Assembly (NCBI RefSeq): GCF_009914755.1 | Contig: NC_060937.1 | Length of the DNA: 64,000 nucleotides | Source: the human T2T-CHM13v2.0 reference genome, Homo sapiens | Direction: 5' to 3' (one strand) | Shown: positions 30,801-47,800 of the stretch, piece after piece | Position numbering within the stretch: the stretch's first letter is position 1 | How the letters are laid out: the number at the start of each line of letters is the position of its first letter | The notes under the pieces: model-generated | Told to the model about the DNA's origin: nothing | The model's database searches: none | The model's input: the letters and a program-made list of their open reading frames with translations, nothing else | Program-made: the position numbers and the translations under genes

Positions 30801-33800
30801 TTATTCTGTACATAAAATATCAAACTACACCAGATATATATTCTATAGTGTACATAAAATATCAAAGTACCCAAACTATACATTATATACTGTACATAAA
30901 ATATGAAATTACATCAAATATATATTATATTAGGTACATAAAATATGAAAGTACATCAAATATAGATTATATACTGTACATAAAATATCAAACTACCCCA
31001 AATATATATTATATACTCTACATGAAATATCAAAGTTCACAAACTATATATTATATACTGTACATAAAATATCAAAGTACCCAAGGTATATATTCTATAC
31101 TGTACAAAAAATATCAAAGTATCCAAAGCATGTATTATATACTGTATATAAAATATGAAAGTAAATAAAATATATATTTTATTCTGTACATAAAATATCA
31201 AAGTACACCAGATATATATTCTATAGTGTACATAAAATAACAAAGTACACAAACTATAAATTATATACTGTACATAAAATATGAAATTACATCAAATATA
31301 TATTAGGTACATAAAATATGAAAGTACATCAAATATAGATTATATACTGTACATATAATATCAATGTACCCCAAATATATATTTTATACTCTACATGAAA
31401 TATCAAAGTTCACAAACCATATATTATATACTGTACATAAAATATCAAAGTACCCAAGGTATATATTCTATACTATACAAAAAATATCAAAGTACCCAAA
31501 GCATGTATTATATACTGTACATAAAATATGAAAGTACATCAAATATATATTTTATTCTGTACATAATATATCAAAGTACACCCGATATATATTCTATAGT
31601 GTACATAAAATATCAAAGTACCCAAACTAAACATTATATACTGTACATAAAATATGAGATTACATCAAATATATATTATATTAGGTACATAAAATATGAA
31701 AGTACATCAGATATAGATTATATACTTTACATAAAATATCAAAGTACCCCAAATATATATTATATACTCTACATGAAATATCAAAGTTCACAAACTATAT
31801 ATTATATAATGTACATAAAATATCAAAGTACCCAAGGTATATATTCTATACTGTACAAAAAATATCAAAGTACCCAAAGCATGCATTATATACTGTATAC
31901 AAAATATGAAAATACATTAAATATATATTTTATTCTGTACATAAAATATCAAAGTACACCAGATATGTATTCTATAGTGTACATAAAATAACAAAGTACA
32001 CAAACTATCAATTATATACTGTACATAAAATATGAAATTACATCAAATATATATTAGGTACATAAAATATGAAAGTACATCAAATATAGACTATATACTG
32101 TACATAAAATATCAATGTACACCAAATATATATTTTATACTCTACATGAAATATCAAAGTTCACAAACCATATATTATATACTGTACATAAAACATCAAA
32201 GTACCCAAGGTATATATTCTATACTGTACAAAAAATATCAAAGTACCCAAAGCATGTATTATATACTGTACATGAAATATGAAAGTACATCAAATATATA
32301 TTTTATTTTGTACATAAAATATCAAAGTACACCAGATATATATTCTATAGTGTACATAAAATATCAAAGTACCCAAACTATACATTATATACTGTACATA
32401 AAATATGAAATTACATCAAATATATATTATATTAGGTACATAAAATATGAAAGTACATCAAATATAGATTATATACTGTACCTTAAATACGAAAGTACCT
32501 CAAATATATATTTTATACTGTACATGAAATATCAAAGTTCACAAACTATATATTATATACTGTACATAAAATATCAAAGTACCCAAGGTATATATTCTAT
32601 GCTGTACAAAAAATATCAAAGTACCCAAAGCATGCATTATAAACTGTACATAAAATATGAAAGTACATCAAATATATATTTTATTCTGTACATAAAATAT
32701 CAAAGTACACCAGATATATATTCTATAGTTTGCATAAAATATCAAAGTACCCAAACTATACATTATATACTGTACATAAAATATGAAATTACATCAAATA
32801 TATATTATATTAGGTACATAAAATATGAAAGTACATCAAATATAGATTATATACTGTACATAAAATATCAAAGTACCCCAAATATATATTATATACTCTA
32901 CGTGAAATATCAAAGTTCACAAACTATATATTATATACTGTACATAAAATATCAAAGTACCCAAGGTATATATTCTATACTCTACAAAAAATATCAAAGT
33001 ACCCAAAGCATGTATTATATAGTGTACATAAAATATGAAAGTACATCAAATATATATTTTATTCTGTACATATAATATCAAAGTACACCAGATATATATT
33101 CTATAGTGTACATAAAATGTCAAAGTACCCAAAATATACATTATATACTGTACATAAAATATGAAATTACATCAAATATATATTATATTAGGTACATAAA
33201 ATATGAAAGTACATCAAATATAGATTATATACTGTACATAAAATATCAAAGTACCCCAAATATACATTATATACTCTACATGAAATATCAAAGTTCACAA
33301 ACTATATATTATATACTGTATATAAAATATCAAAGTACCCAAGGCATATATTCTATACTGTACAAAAAATATCAAAGTACCCAAATCATGTATTATATAC
33401 TGTATATAAAATATGAAAGTACATCAAATATATATTTTATTCTGTACATAAAATATCAAAGTACACCAGATATATATTCTATAGTGTACATAAAATAACA
33501 AAGTACAAAAACTATAAATTATATACTGTACATAAAATATGAAATTACATCAAATATATATTAGGTACATAAAATATGAAAGTACATCAAATATAGATTA
33601 TATACTGTACATAAAATATCAATGTACCCCAATATATATATTTTATACTCGACATGAAATATCAAAGTTCACAAACCATATATTATTTACTGTACATAAA
33701 ATATCAAAGTACCCAAGGTATATATTCTATAGTGTACAAAAAATATCAAAGTACCCAAAGCATGTATTATATACTGTACATAAAATATGAAACTACATGA

Positions 33801-36800
33801 AATATATTTTTTATTCTGTATATAAAATATCAAAGTACACCAGATATATATTCTATAGTGTACATAAAATATCAAAGTACCCAAACTATACATTATATAC
33901 TGTACATAAAATATGAAATTACATCAAATATATATTATATTAGGTACATGAAATATGAAAGTACATCAAATATAGATTATATACTGTACATAACATATCA
34001 AAGTACCCCAAATATATATTATATACTGTACATGAAATATCAAAGTTCACAAACTATATATTATATACTGTACATAAAATATCAAAGTACCCAAGGTATA
34101 TATTCTATACTGTACAAAAGATATCAAAGTACCCAAAGCATGTATTATATACTGTACATAAAATATGAAAGTACATCAAATATATATTTTATTCTGTACA
34201 TAAAATATCAAAGTACACCAGATATATATTCTATAGTGTACATAAAATATCAAACTACCCAAACTATTTATTATATACTGTACATAAAATATGAAATTAC
34301 ATCAAGTATATATTATATTAGATACATAAAATATGAAAGTATATCAAATATAGCTTATATACTGTATATTAAATACCAAAGTACCCCAAATATATATTTT
34401 ATACTGTACATGAAATATCAAATTTCACAAACTGTATGTTATATACTGTACATAAAATATCAAAGAACCCAAGGTATATATTCTATACTGTACAAAAAAT
34501 ATCAAAGTACCAAAAGCATGTATTATATACTGTACCTAAAATATGAAAGTACATCAAATATATATTTTACTCTGTACATAAAATATCAAAGTACACCAGA
34601 TATATATTCTATAGTGTACATAAAATATCAAAGTACCCAAACTATACATTATATACTGTACATAAAATATGAAATTACATCAAATATATATTATATTAGG
34701 TACATAAAATATGAAAGTACATCAAATATAGATTATATACTGTACATAAAATATCAATGTACCCCAAATATATATTTTATACTCTACATGAAATATCAAA
34801 GTTCACAAACCATATATTGTATACTGTACATAAAATATCAAAGTACCCAAGGTATGTATTCTATACTGTACAAAAAATATCAAAGTACCCAAAGCATGTA
34901 TTATATACTGTACATAAAATATGAAAGTACATCAAATATATATTTTATTCTGTACATAAAATATCAAAGTACACCAGATATATATTCTATAGTGTACATA
35001 AAATATCAAAGTACCCAAACTATACATTATATACTGTACATAAAATATGAAATTACATCAAATATATATTATATTAGGTACATAAAATATGAAAGTACAT
35101 CAAATAGAGATTATATACTGTACATTAAGTACCAAAGTACCCCAAATATATATTTTATACTCTACATGAAATATAAAAAGTTCACAAACTATATATTATA
35201 TACTGAACATAAAATATCAAAGTACCCAAGGTATATATTCTATACTGTACAAAAAATATCAAAGTACCCAAAGCATGTATTATAAACTGTACATAAAATA
35301 TGAAAGTACATCAAATATATATTTTATTCTGTACATAAAATATCAAAGTACACCAGATATATATTCTATAGTGTACATAAAATATCAAAGTACCCAAACT
35401 ATACATTATATACTGTACATAAAATATGAAATTACATCAAATATATATTATATTAGGTACATAAAATATGAAAGTACATCAAATATAGATTATATACTGT
35501 ACATAAATTATCAACGTACCCCAAATATATATTATATACTCTCCATGAAATATCAAAGTTCACAAACTATATATTATATACTGTACATAAAATATCAAAA
35601 TACCCAAGGTATATATTCTATACTGCACAAAAAATATCAAAGTACCCAAAACATGTATTATATACTGTATATAAAATATGAAAGTACATCAAATATATAT
35701 TTTATTCTGTACATAAAATATCAAAGTACACCAGATATATATTGTATAGTGTACATATAATAACAAAGTACACAAACTATAAATTATATACTGTACATAA
35801 AATATGAAATTACATCAAATATATATTAGGTACATAAAATATGAAAGTACATCAAATATAGATTATATACTGTACATAAAATATCAATGTACCCCAAATA
35901 TATATTTTATACTCTACATGAAATATCAAAGTTCACAAACCATATATTATATACTGTAAATAAAATATCAAAGTACCCAAGGTATATATTCTATACTGTA
36001 CAAAAAATATCAAAGTACCCAAAGCATGTATTATATACTGTACATAAAATATGAAACTACATCAAATATATATTTTATTCTGTACAAAAAATATCAAAGT
36101 ACACCAGACATATTTTCTATAGTGGACATAAAATATCAAAATACCCAAAGCATGTATTATATACTGTACATAAAATATGAAAGTACATCAAATATATGTT
36201 TTATACTGTACATAAAAAATCAAAGTACACCAGATATATATTCTATAGTGTACATAAAATATCAAAAGTACACAAAATATACATTATATACTGTACATAA
36301 AATATGAAATTACATCAAATATATATTATATTAGGTACATAAAATATGAAAGTACATCAAATATAGATTATATACTGTACATTAAATACCAAAGTACCCC
36401 AAATATATATTTTATACTGTACATGAAATATCAAAGTTCACACACTATATATTATATACTGTACATAAAATATCAAAGTACCCAAGGTATATATTCTATA
36501 CTGTACAAAAAACATCAAAGTACCCAAAGCATGTATTATATACTGTACATAAAATATGAAAGTACATCAAATATGTATTTTATTCTGTACATAAAATATC
36601 AAAGTACACCAGATATATATTCTATAGTGTACATAAAATATCAAAGTACCCAAACTATACATTATATACTATACATAAAATATGAAATTACATCAAATAT
36701 ATATTATATTAGGTACATAAAATATGAAAGTACATCAAATATAGATTATATACTGTACATAAAATATCAAACTACCCCAAATATATATTATATACTCTAC

Positions 36801-37780
36801 ATGAAATATCAAAGTTCACAAACTATATATTATATACTGTACATAAAATATCAAAGTACCCAAGGTATATATTCTATACTGTACAAAAAATATGAAAGTA
36901 TCCAAAGCATGTATTATATACTGTATATAAAATATGAAAGTAAATAAAATATATATTTTATTCTGTACATAAAATATCAAAGTACACCAGATATATATTC
37001 TATAGTGTACATAAAATAACAAAGTACACAAACTATAAATTATATACTGTACATAAAATATGAAATTACATCAAATATATATTAGGTACATAAAATATGA
37101 AAGTACATCAAATATAGATTATATACTGTACATATAATATCAATGTACCCCAAATATATATTTTATACTCTACATGAAATATCAAAGTTCACAAACCATA
37201 TATTATATACTGTACATAAAATATCAAAGTACCCAAGGTATATATTCTATACTATACAAAAAATATGAAAGTACCCAAAGCATGTATTATATACTGTACA
37301 TAAAATATGAAAGTACATCAAATATATATTTTATTCTGTACATAATATATCAAAGTACACCCGATATATATTCTATAGTGTACATAAAATATCAAAGTAC
37401 CCAAACTAAATATTATATACTGTACATAAAATATGAGATTATATCAAATATATATTATATTAGGTACATAAAATATGAAAGTACATCAGATATAGATTAT
37501 ATACTTTACATAAAATATCAAAGTACCCCAAATATATATTATATACTCTACATGAAATATCAAAGTTCACAAACTATATATTATATAATGTACATAAAAT
37601 ATCAAAGTACCCAAGGTATATATTCTATACTGTACAAAAAATATCAAAGTACCCAAAGCATGCATTATATACTGTATACAAAATATGAAAATACATTAAA
37701 TATATATTTTATTCTGTACATAAAATATCAAAGTACACCAGATATGTATTCTATAGTGTACATAAAATAACAAAGTACAC
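27870..37780 (+). repeat. Block duplication, offset 5779 bp (about 4.1 kb shared)
   Basis: ORF pairs 27908/33687, 28079/33858, 29496/35275, 30247/36026, 30644/36423 and 31395/37174 all differ by 5779. Shared rare variants include atagctt, attagatac, cattaagtacc, ctctccatg, tattgtatag and cacccgat. Confidence 0.92.
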
Positions 37781-38879
37781 AAACTATAAATTATATACTG
37801 TACGTAAAATATGAAATTACATCAAATATATATTAGGTACATAAAATATGAAAGTACATCAAATATAGATTATATACTGTACATATAATATCAATGTACA
37901 CCAAATATATATTTTATACTCTACGTGAAATATCAAAGTTCACAAACCATACATTATATACTGTACATAAAATATCAAAGTACCCAAGGTATATATTCTA
38001 TAGTGTACAAAAAATATCAAAGTACCCAAAGCATGTATTATATACTGTACATAAAATATGAAAGTACATCCAATATATATTTTATTCTGTACATAAAATA
38101 TCAAAGTACACCAGATATATATTCTATAGTGTACATAAAATATCAAAGTACCCAAACTATACATTATATACTGTACATAAAATATGAAATTACATCAAAT
38201 ATATATTAGGTACATAAAATATGAAAGTACATCAAATATAGATTATATACTGTACATAAAATATCAAAGTACCCCAAATATATATTATATACTGTACATG
38301 AAATATCAAAGTTCACAAACTATATATTATATACTGTACATAAAATATCAAAGTACCCAAGGTATATATTCTATACTGTACAAAAAATATCAAAGTACCC
38401 AAAGCATGTATTATATACTGTACATAAAATATGAAAGTACATCAAATATATATTTTATTCTGTACATAAAATATCAAAGTACACCAGATATATATTCTAT
38501 AGTGTACATAAAATAACAAAGTAAAAAAACTATAAATTATATACTGTACATAAAATATGAAATTACATCAAATATATATTAGGTAGATAAAATATGAACG
38601 TACATCAAATATAGATTATATACTGTACATAAAATATCAATGTACCCCAAATATATATTTTATACTCTACATGAAATATCAAAGTTCACAAACCATATAT
38701 TATATACTGTACATAAAATATCAAAGTACCCAATGTATATATTCTATACTATACAAAAAATATCAAAGTACCCAAAGCATGTATTATATACTGTACATAA
38801 AATATGAAAGTACATCAAATATATATTTTATTCTGTACATAAAATATCAAAGTACACCAGATATATATTCTATAGTGTA

Positions 38880-41800
38880 CATAAAATATCAAAGTACCCA
38901 AACTATACATTATATACTGTACATAAAATATGAAATTACATCAAATATATATTATATTAGGTACATAAAATATGAAAGTACATCAAATATATATTATATA
39001 CTCTACATAAAATACCAAAGTACCCCAAATACATATTATATACTGTACATGCAATATCAAAGTTCACAAACTATATATTATATACTGTACATAAAATATC
39101 AAAGTACCGAAGCTATATATTCTATACTGTACAAAAAATATCAAAGTACCCAAAGCATGTATTATATACTGTACATAAAATATGAAAGTACATCAAATAT
39201 ATATTTTATTCTGTACATAAAATATCAAAGTACACCAAATATATATTCTATAGTGTACATAAAATATCAAAGTACCCAGACTATACATTATATACTGTAC
39301 ATAAAATATGAAATTACATCAAATATATATTATATTAGGTACATAAAATATGAAAGTACATCAAATATACATTATATACTGTACATAAAATACCAAAGTA
39401 CCCCAAATACATATTATATACTGTACATGAAATATCAAAGTTCACAAACTATATATTATATACTGTACATAAAATATCAAAGTACCCAAGGTACATATTC
39501 TATACTGTACAAAAAATATCAAAGTACCCAAAGCAAGTATTATATACTGTACATAAAATATGAAAGTACATCAAATATATATTTTATTCTGTACATAAAA
39601 TATCAAAGTACACCAAATATATATTCTATAGTGTACATAAAATATCAAAATACCCAAACTATACATTATATACTGTACATAAAATATGAAACTACGTCAA
39701 ATATATATTATATTAGGTACATAAAATATGAAAGTACATCAAATATAAATTATATACAGTACATAAAATACCAAAGTACCCCAAATGTATATTATATACT
39801 GTACGTGCAATATCAAAGTTCAGAAACTAAATATCATATACTGTACATAAAATATCAAAGTACCGAAGGTATATATTCTATACTGTACAAAAAATATCAA
39901 AGTACGCAAAGCATGTATTATATACTGTACATAAAATATGAAAGTACATCAAATATATATTTTATTCTGTACATAAAATATCAAAGTACACCAAATATAT
40001 ATTCTATAGTGTACATAAAATATCAAAGTACCCAAACTATACATTATATCCTGTACATAAAATATGAAATTACATCAAATATATATTATATTAGGTACAT
40101 AAAATATAAAAGTACATCAAATATAAATTATATACTGTACATAAAATACCAAAGAACCCCAAATATATATTATATACTGTACATGAATTATCAAAGTTCA
40201 CAAACTATATATTATATACTGTACATAAAATATCAAAGTTCCCAAGTTATATATTCTATACTGTACAAAAAATATCAAAGTACCCAAAGCATGTATTATA
40301 TACTGTTCATAAAATATGAAAGTACATCAAATATATATTTTATTCTGTACATAAAATATCAAAGTACACCAAATATATATACTATAGTGTACATTAAATA
40401 TCAAACTACCCAAACTATACATTATATACTGTACATAAAATATGAAATTACATCAAATGTATATTATATTAGGTACATAAAATATGAAAGTACATCAAAT
40501 ATATATTATATACTGTACATAAAATACCAAAGTACCCCAAATACATACTATATACTGTACATGAAATATCAAAGTTCACAAACTATATATTATATACTGT
40601 ACATAAAATATCAAAGTACCCAAGGTATATATTCTATACTGTACAAAAAATATCAAAGTACCAAAAGCATGTATTATATACTGTACATAAAATATGATAG
40701 TACATCAAATATATATTTTATTCTGCACATAAAATATCAAAGTACACCAAATATATATTCTATAGTGTACATAAAATATCAAAGTACCCAAACTATACAT
40801 TATATACTGTACATAAAACATGAAATTACATCAAATATATATTATATTAGGTACATAAAATATGAATGTACATCAAATATAAATTATATACTGTACATAA
40901 AATACCAAAGTACCCCAAATATATATTATATACTGTACATGAAATATCAAATTTCACAAACTATATATTATATATTGTACATAAAATATCAAAGTAACCA
41001 AGGTATATTTTCTATACTGTACAAAAAATATCAAAGTACCCAAAGCATGTATTATATACTGTACATAAAATATGAAAGTACATCAAATATATATTTTATT
41101 CTGTACATAAAATATCAAAGTACACCAAATATATATTCTATAGTGTACATAAAATATCAAAGTACCCAAACTATACATTATATCCTGTACATAAAATATC
41201 AAATTACATCAAATATATATTATATTAGGTACATAAAATATGAAAGTACATCAAATATAGATTATATACTGTACATAAAATACCAAAGTACCCCAAATAC
41301 ATATTATATACTGTATATGAAATATCAAAGTTCACAAACTATATATTATATACTGTACATAAAATATCAAAGTACCCAAGGTATAGATTCTATACTGTAC
41401 AAAAAATATCAAAGTACCCAAAGCATGTATTATATACTGTACATAAAATATGAAAGTACATCAAATATATATTTTATTCTGTACATAAAATATCAAAGTA
41501 CACCAAATATATATTCTATAGTGTACATAAAATATCAAAGTACCCAAACTATACATTATATCCTGTACATAAAATATGAAATTACATCAAATATATATTA
41601 TATTAGGTACATAAAATATGAAAGTACATCAAATATAAATTATATACTGTACATAAAATACCAAAGAACCCCAAATATATATTATATACTGTAGATGAAA
41701 TATCAAAGTTCACAAACTATATATTATATACTGTATATAAAATATCAAAGTACCCAAGGTATATATTCTATACTGTACAAAAAATATCAAAGTATCCAAA

Positions 41801-44800
41801 GCATGTATTATATACTGTTTATAAAATATGAAAGTACATCAAATATATATTTTATTCTGTACATAAAATATCAAAGTACACCAAATATATATTCTATAGT
41901 GTACATTAAATATCAAACTACCCAAACTATACATTATATACTGTACATAAAATATGAAATTACATCAAATATATATTATATTAGGTACATAAAATATGAA
42001 AGTACATCAAATATAAATTATATACTGTACATAAAATACCAAAGTACACCAGATATATATTTTATACTGTACATGCAATATCAAAGTTCACAAACTATAT
42101 ATTATATACTGTACATAAAATATCAAAGTACCCAAGGTATATATTCTATACTGTACAAAAAATATAAAAGTACCCAAAGCATGTATTATATACCGTACAT
42201 AAAATATGAAAGTACATCAAATATATATTTTATTCTGTACATAAAATATCAAAGTACACTAAATATATATTCTATAGTGTACATAAAATATCAATGTACC
42301 CAAACTATACATTATATACTGTACATAAAATATGAAATTACATCAAATATATATTATATTAGGTACATAAAATATGAAAGTACATCAAATATAGATTATA
42401 TACTGTACATAAAATACCAAAGTACCCCAAATGCATATTATATACTGTACATGAAATATCAAAGTTCACAAACTATATATTATATACTGTGAATAAAATA
42501 TCAAAGTACCCAAGGTACATATTCTATACTGTACAAAAAATATCAAAGTACCCAAAGCATGTATTATATACTGTTCATAAAATATGAAAGTACATCAAAT
42601 ATATATTTTATTCTGTACATAAAATATCAAAGTACACCAAATATATATTCTATAGTGTACATTAAGTATCAAACTACCCAAACTATACATTATATACTGT
42701 ACATAAAATATGAAATTACATCAAATATATATTATATTAGGTACATAAAATATGAAAGTACATCAAATATAGATTACATACTGTACATAAAATACCAAAG
42801 AACCCCAAATACATATTATATACTGTACATGAAATATCAAAGTTCACAAACTATATATTATATACTGTATATAAAATATCAAAGTACCCAAGGTATATAT
42901 TCTATACTGTACAAAAAATATAAAAGTACCCAAAGCATGTATTATATACTGTTCATAAAATATGAAAGTACATCAAATATATATTTTATTCTGTACATAA
43001 AATATCAAATTACACCAAATATATATTCTATAGTATACATCAAATATCAAACTACCCAAACTATACATTATATACTGTACATAAAATATGAAATTACATC
43101 AAATATATATTATATTAGGTACATAAAATATGAAAGTACATCAAATATATATTATATACTCTACATAAAATACCAAAGTACCCCAAATACATATTATATA
43201 CTGTACATGCAATATCAAAGTTCACAAACTATATATTATATACTGTACATAAAATATCAAAGTACCGAAGCTATATATTCTATACTGTACAAAAAATATC
43301 AAAGTACCCAAAGCATGTATTATATACTGTACATAAAATATGAAAGTACATCAAATATATATTTTATTCTGTACATAAAATATCAAAGTACACCAAATAT
43401 ATATTCTATAGTGTACATAAAATATCAAAGTACCCAAACTATACATTATATACTGTACATAAAATATGAAATTACATCAAATATATATTATATTAGGTAC
43501 ATAAAATATGAAAGTACATCAAATATAGATTATATACTGTACATAAAATACCAAAGTACCCCAAATACATATTATATACTGTACATGCAATATCAAAGTT
43601 CACAAACTGTATATTATATACTGTACATAAAATATCAAAGTACCCAAGGTATATATTCTATACTGTACAAAAAATATCAAAGTACCCAAAGCATGTATTA
43701 TATACCGTACATAAAATATGAAAGTACATCAAATATATATTTTATTCTGTACATAAAATATCAAAGTACACTAAATATATATTCTATAGTGTACATAAAA
43801 TATCAATGTACCCAAACTATACATTATATACTGTACAAAAAATATGAAATTACATCAAATATATATTATATTAGGTACATAAAATATGAAAGTACATCAA
43901 ATATAGATTATACACTGTACATAAAATACCAAAGTACCCCAAATACATATTATATACTGTACATGAAATATCAAAGTTCACAAACTATATATTATATACT
44001 GTACATAAACTATCAAAGTACCCAAGGTACATATTCTATTCTGTACAAAAAATATCAAAGTACCCAAAGCAAGTATTATATACTGTACATAAAATATGAA
44101 AGTACATCAAATATATATTTTATTCTGTACATAAAATATCAAAGTACACCAAATATATATTCTATAGTGTACATAAAATATCAAAATACCCAAACTATAC
44201 ATTATATACTGTACATAAAATATGAAACTACATCAAATATATATTATATTAGGTACATAAAATATGAAAGTACATCAAATATAAATTATATACAGTACAT
44301 AAAATACCAAAGTACCCCAAATGTATATTATATACTGTACATGCAATATCAAAGTTCACAAACTAAATATCATATACTGTACATAAAATATCAAAGTACC
44401 GAAGGTATATATTCTATACTGTACAAAAAATATCAAAGTTCGCAAAGCATGTATTATATACTGTACATAAAATATGAAAGTACATCAAATATATATTTTA
44501 TTCTGTACATAAAATATCAAAGTACACCAAATATATATTCTATAGTGTACATAAAATATCAAATTACCCAAACTATACATTATATGCTGTACATAAAATG
44601 TGAAATTACATCAAATATATATTATAATAGGTACATAAAATATGAAAGTACATCAAATATAAATTATATACTGTACATAAAATACCAAAGAACCGCAAAT
44701 ATATATTATATACTGTACATGAAATATAAAAGTTCACAAACTATGTATTATATACTGTACATAAAATATCAAAGTACCCAAGTTATATATTCTATACTGT

Positions 44801-47800
44801 ACAAAAAATATCAAAGTACCCAAAGCATGTATTATATACTGTTCATAAAATATGAAAGTACATCAAATATATATTTTATTCTGTACATAAAATATCAAAG
44901 TACACCAAATATATATTCTATAGTGTACATTAAATATCAAACTACCCAAACTATACATTATATACTGTACATAAAATATGAAATTACATCAAATATATAT
45001 TATATTAGGTACATAAAATATGAAAGTACATCAAATATATATTATATACTGTACATAAAATACCAAAGTACCCCAAATACATATTATATACTGTACATGA
45101 AATATCAAAGTTCACAAACTATATATTATATACTGCATATAAAATATCAAAGTACCCAAGGTATATATTCTATACTGTACAAAAAATATCAAACTATGCA
45201 AAGCATGTATTATATAGTGTATATAAAATATGAAAGTACATCAAATATATATTTTATTCTGTACATAAAATATCAAAGTACACCAAACATATATTCTATA
45301 GTGTACATTAAATATCAAACTACCCAAAGTATACATTATATACTGTACATAAAATATGAAATTACATCAAATATATATTATATTAGGTACATAAAATATG
45401 AAAGTACATCAAATATAAATTATATACTGTACATAAAATACCAAAGAACCACAAATATATATTATATACTGTACATGAAATATCAAAGTTCACAAACTAT
45501 ATATTATATATTGTACATAAAATATCAAAGTACCCAAGGTATATATTCTATACTCAACAAAAAATATCAAAGTACCCAAAGCATGTATTATATACTGTTC
45601 ATAAAATATGAAAGTACATCAAATATATATTTTATTCTGTACATAAAATATCAAAGTACACCAAATATATATTCTATAGTGTACATTAAATATCAAACTA
45701 CCCAAACTATACAATATATACTGTGCATAAAATATGAAATTACATCAAGTATATATTATATTAGGTACATAAAATATGAAAGTACATCAAATATAGATTA
45801 TATACTGTACATAAAATACCTAAGTACCCCAAATACATATTATATACTGTACATGAAATATCAAAGTTCACAAACTATATATTATATACTGTACATAAAA
45901 TATCAAAGTACCGAAAGTATATATTCTATACTGTACAAAAAATATCAAAGTACCCAAAGCATGTATTATATACTGTACATAAAATATGAAAGTACATCTA
46001 ATATATATTTTATTCTGTACATAAAATATCAAAGTACACCAAATATATATTCTATAGTGTACATAAAATATCAAAGTACCCAAACTATACATTATATACT
46101 GTACATAAAATATGAAATTACATCAAATATATATTATATTAGGTACATAAAATATGAAAGTACATCAAATATAGATTATATACTGTACATAAAATACCAA
46201 AGTACACCAAATATATATTTTATACTGTACATGCAATATCAAAGTTCACAAACTATATATTATATACTGTATATAAAATATCAAAGTACCCAAGGTATAT
46301 ATTCTATACTGTACAAAAAATATAAAAGTACCCAAAGCATGTATTATATACCGTACATAAAATATGAAAGTAAATCAAATATATATTTTATTCTGTACAT
46401 AAAATATCAAAGTACACTAAATATATATTCTATAGTGTACATAAAATATCAATGTACCCAAACTATACATTATATACTGTACATAAAATATGAAATTACA
46501 TCAAATATATATTATATTAGGTACATAAAATATGAAAGTACATCAAATATAGATTATACACTGTACATAAAATACCAAAGTACCCCAAATACATATTATA
46601 TACTGTACATGAAATATCAAAGTTCACAAACTATATATTTATACTGTATATAAAATATCAAAGTACCCAATGTACATATTCTATACTGTACAAAAAATAT
46701 CAAAGTACCCAAAGCAAGTATTATATACTGTACATAAAATATGAAAGTACATCAAATATATATTTTATTCTGTACATAAAATATCAAAGTACACCAAATA
46801 TATATTCTATAGTGTACATAAAATATCAAAGTACCCAAACTATACATTATATACTGTACATTAAATATGAAATTACATCAAATATATATTATATTAGGTA
46901 CATAAAATATGAAAGTACATCAAATATAGATTATATACTGTACATAAAATATCAATGTACCCCAAATATATATTATATGCTCTATATGAAATATCAAAGT
47001 TCACAAACTATATATTATATACTGTACATAAAATATCAAAGTACCCTAGGTATATATTCTATACTGTACAAAAAATATCAAAGTACCCAAAGCATGTATT
47101 ATATACTGTACATAAAATATGAAAGTACATCAAATATATATTTTATTCTGTACATAAAATATCAAAGTACACCAGATATATATTCTCTAGTGTACATAAA
47201 ATATCAAAGTACCCAAACTATACATTATATACTGTACATAAAATATGAAATTACATCAAATATATATTATATTAGGTACATAAAATATGAAAGTACATCA
47301 AATATAAATTATATACTGTACATAAAATACCAAAGAACCCCAAATATATATTATATACTGTACATGAAATATCAAAGTTCACAAACTATATATTATATAT
47401 TGTACATAAAATATCAAAGTACCCAAGGTATATATTCTATACTCTACAAAAAATATCAAAGTACCCAAAGCATGTATTATATACTGTTCATAAAATATGA
47501 AAGTACATCAAATATATATTTTATTCTGTACATAAAATATCAAAGTATACCAAATATATATTCTATAGTGTACATTAAATATCAAACTACCCAAACTATA
47601 CATTATATACTGTGCATAAAATATGAAATTACATCAAATATATATTATATTAGGTACATAAAATATGAAAGTACATCAAATATAAATTATATACTGTACA
47701 TAAAATACCAAAGAACCCCAAATATATATTATATACTGTACATGAAATATCAAAGTTCACAAGCTATATATTATATATTGTACATAAAATATCAAAGTAC

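Larger units (their letters stand above)
1200..38880 (+). repeat. Mixed 373/378-bp 'D-type' HOR domain
   Basis: m9 is almost always caccagat. Many units carry a 5-bp deletion in m2 (atatatattaggtac versus atatatattatattaggtac); equivalent ORF starts at 2317/2690 and 7737/8110/8483 are 373 bp apart. The m1 variant aaataacaaagtacacaaactataaatt is frequent. Confidence 0.85.
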
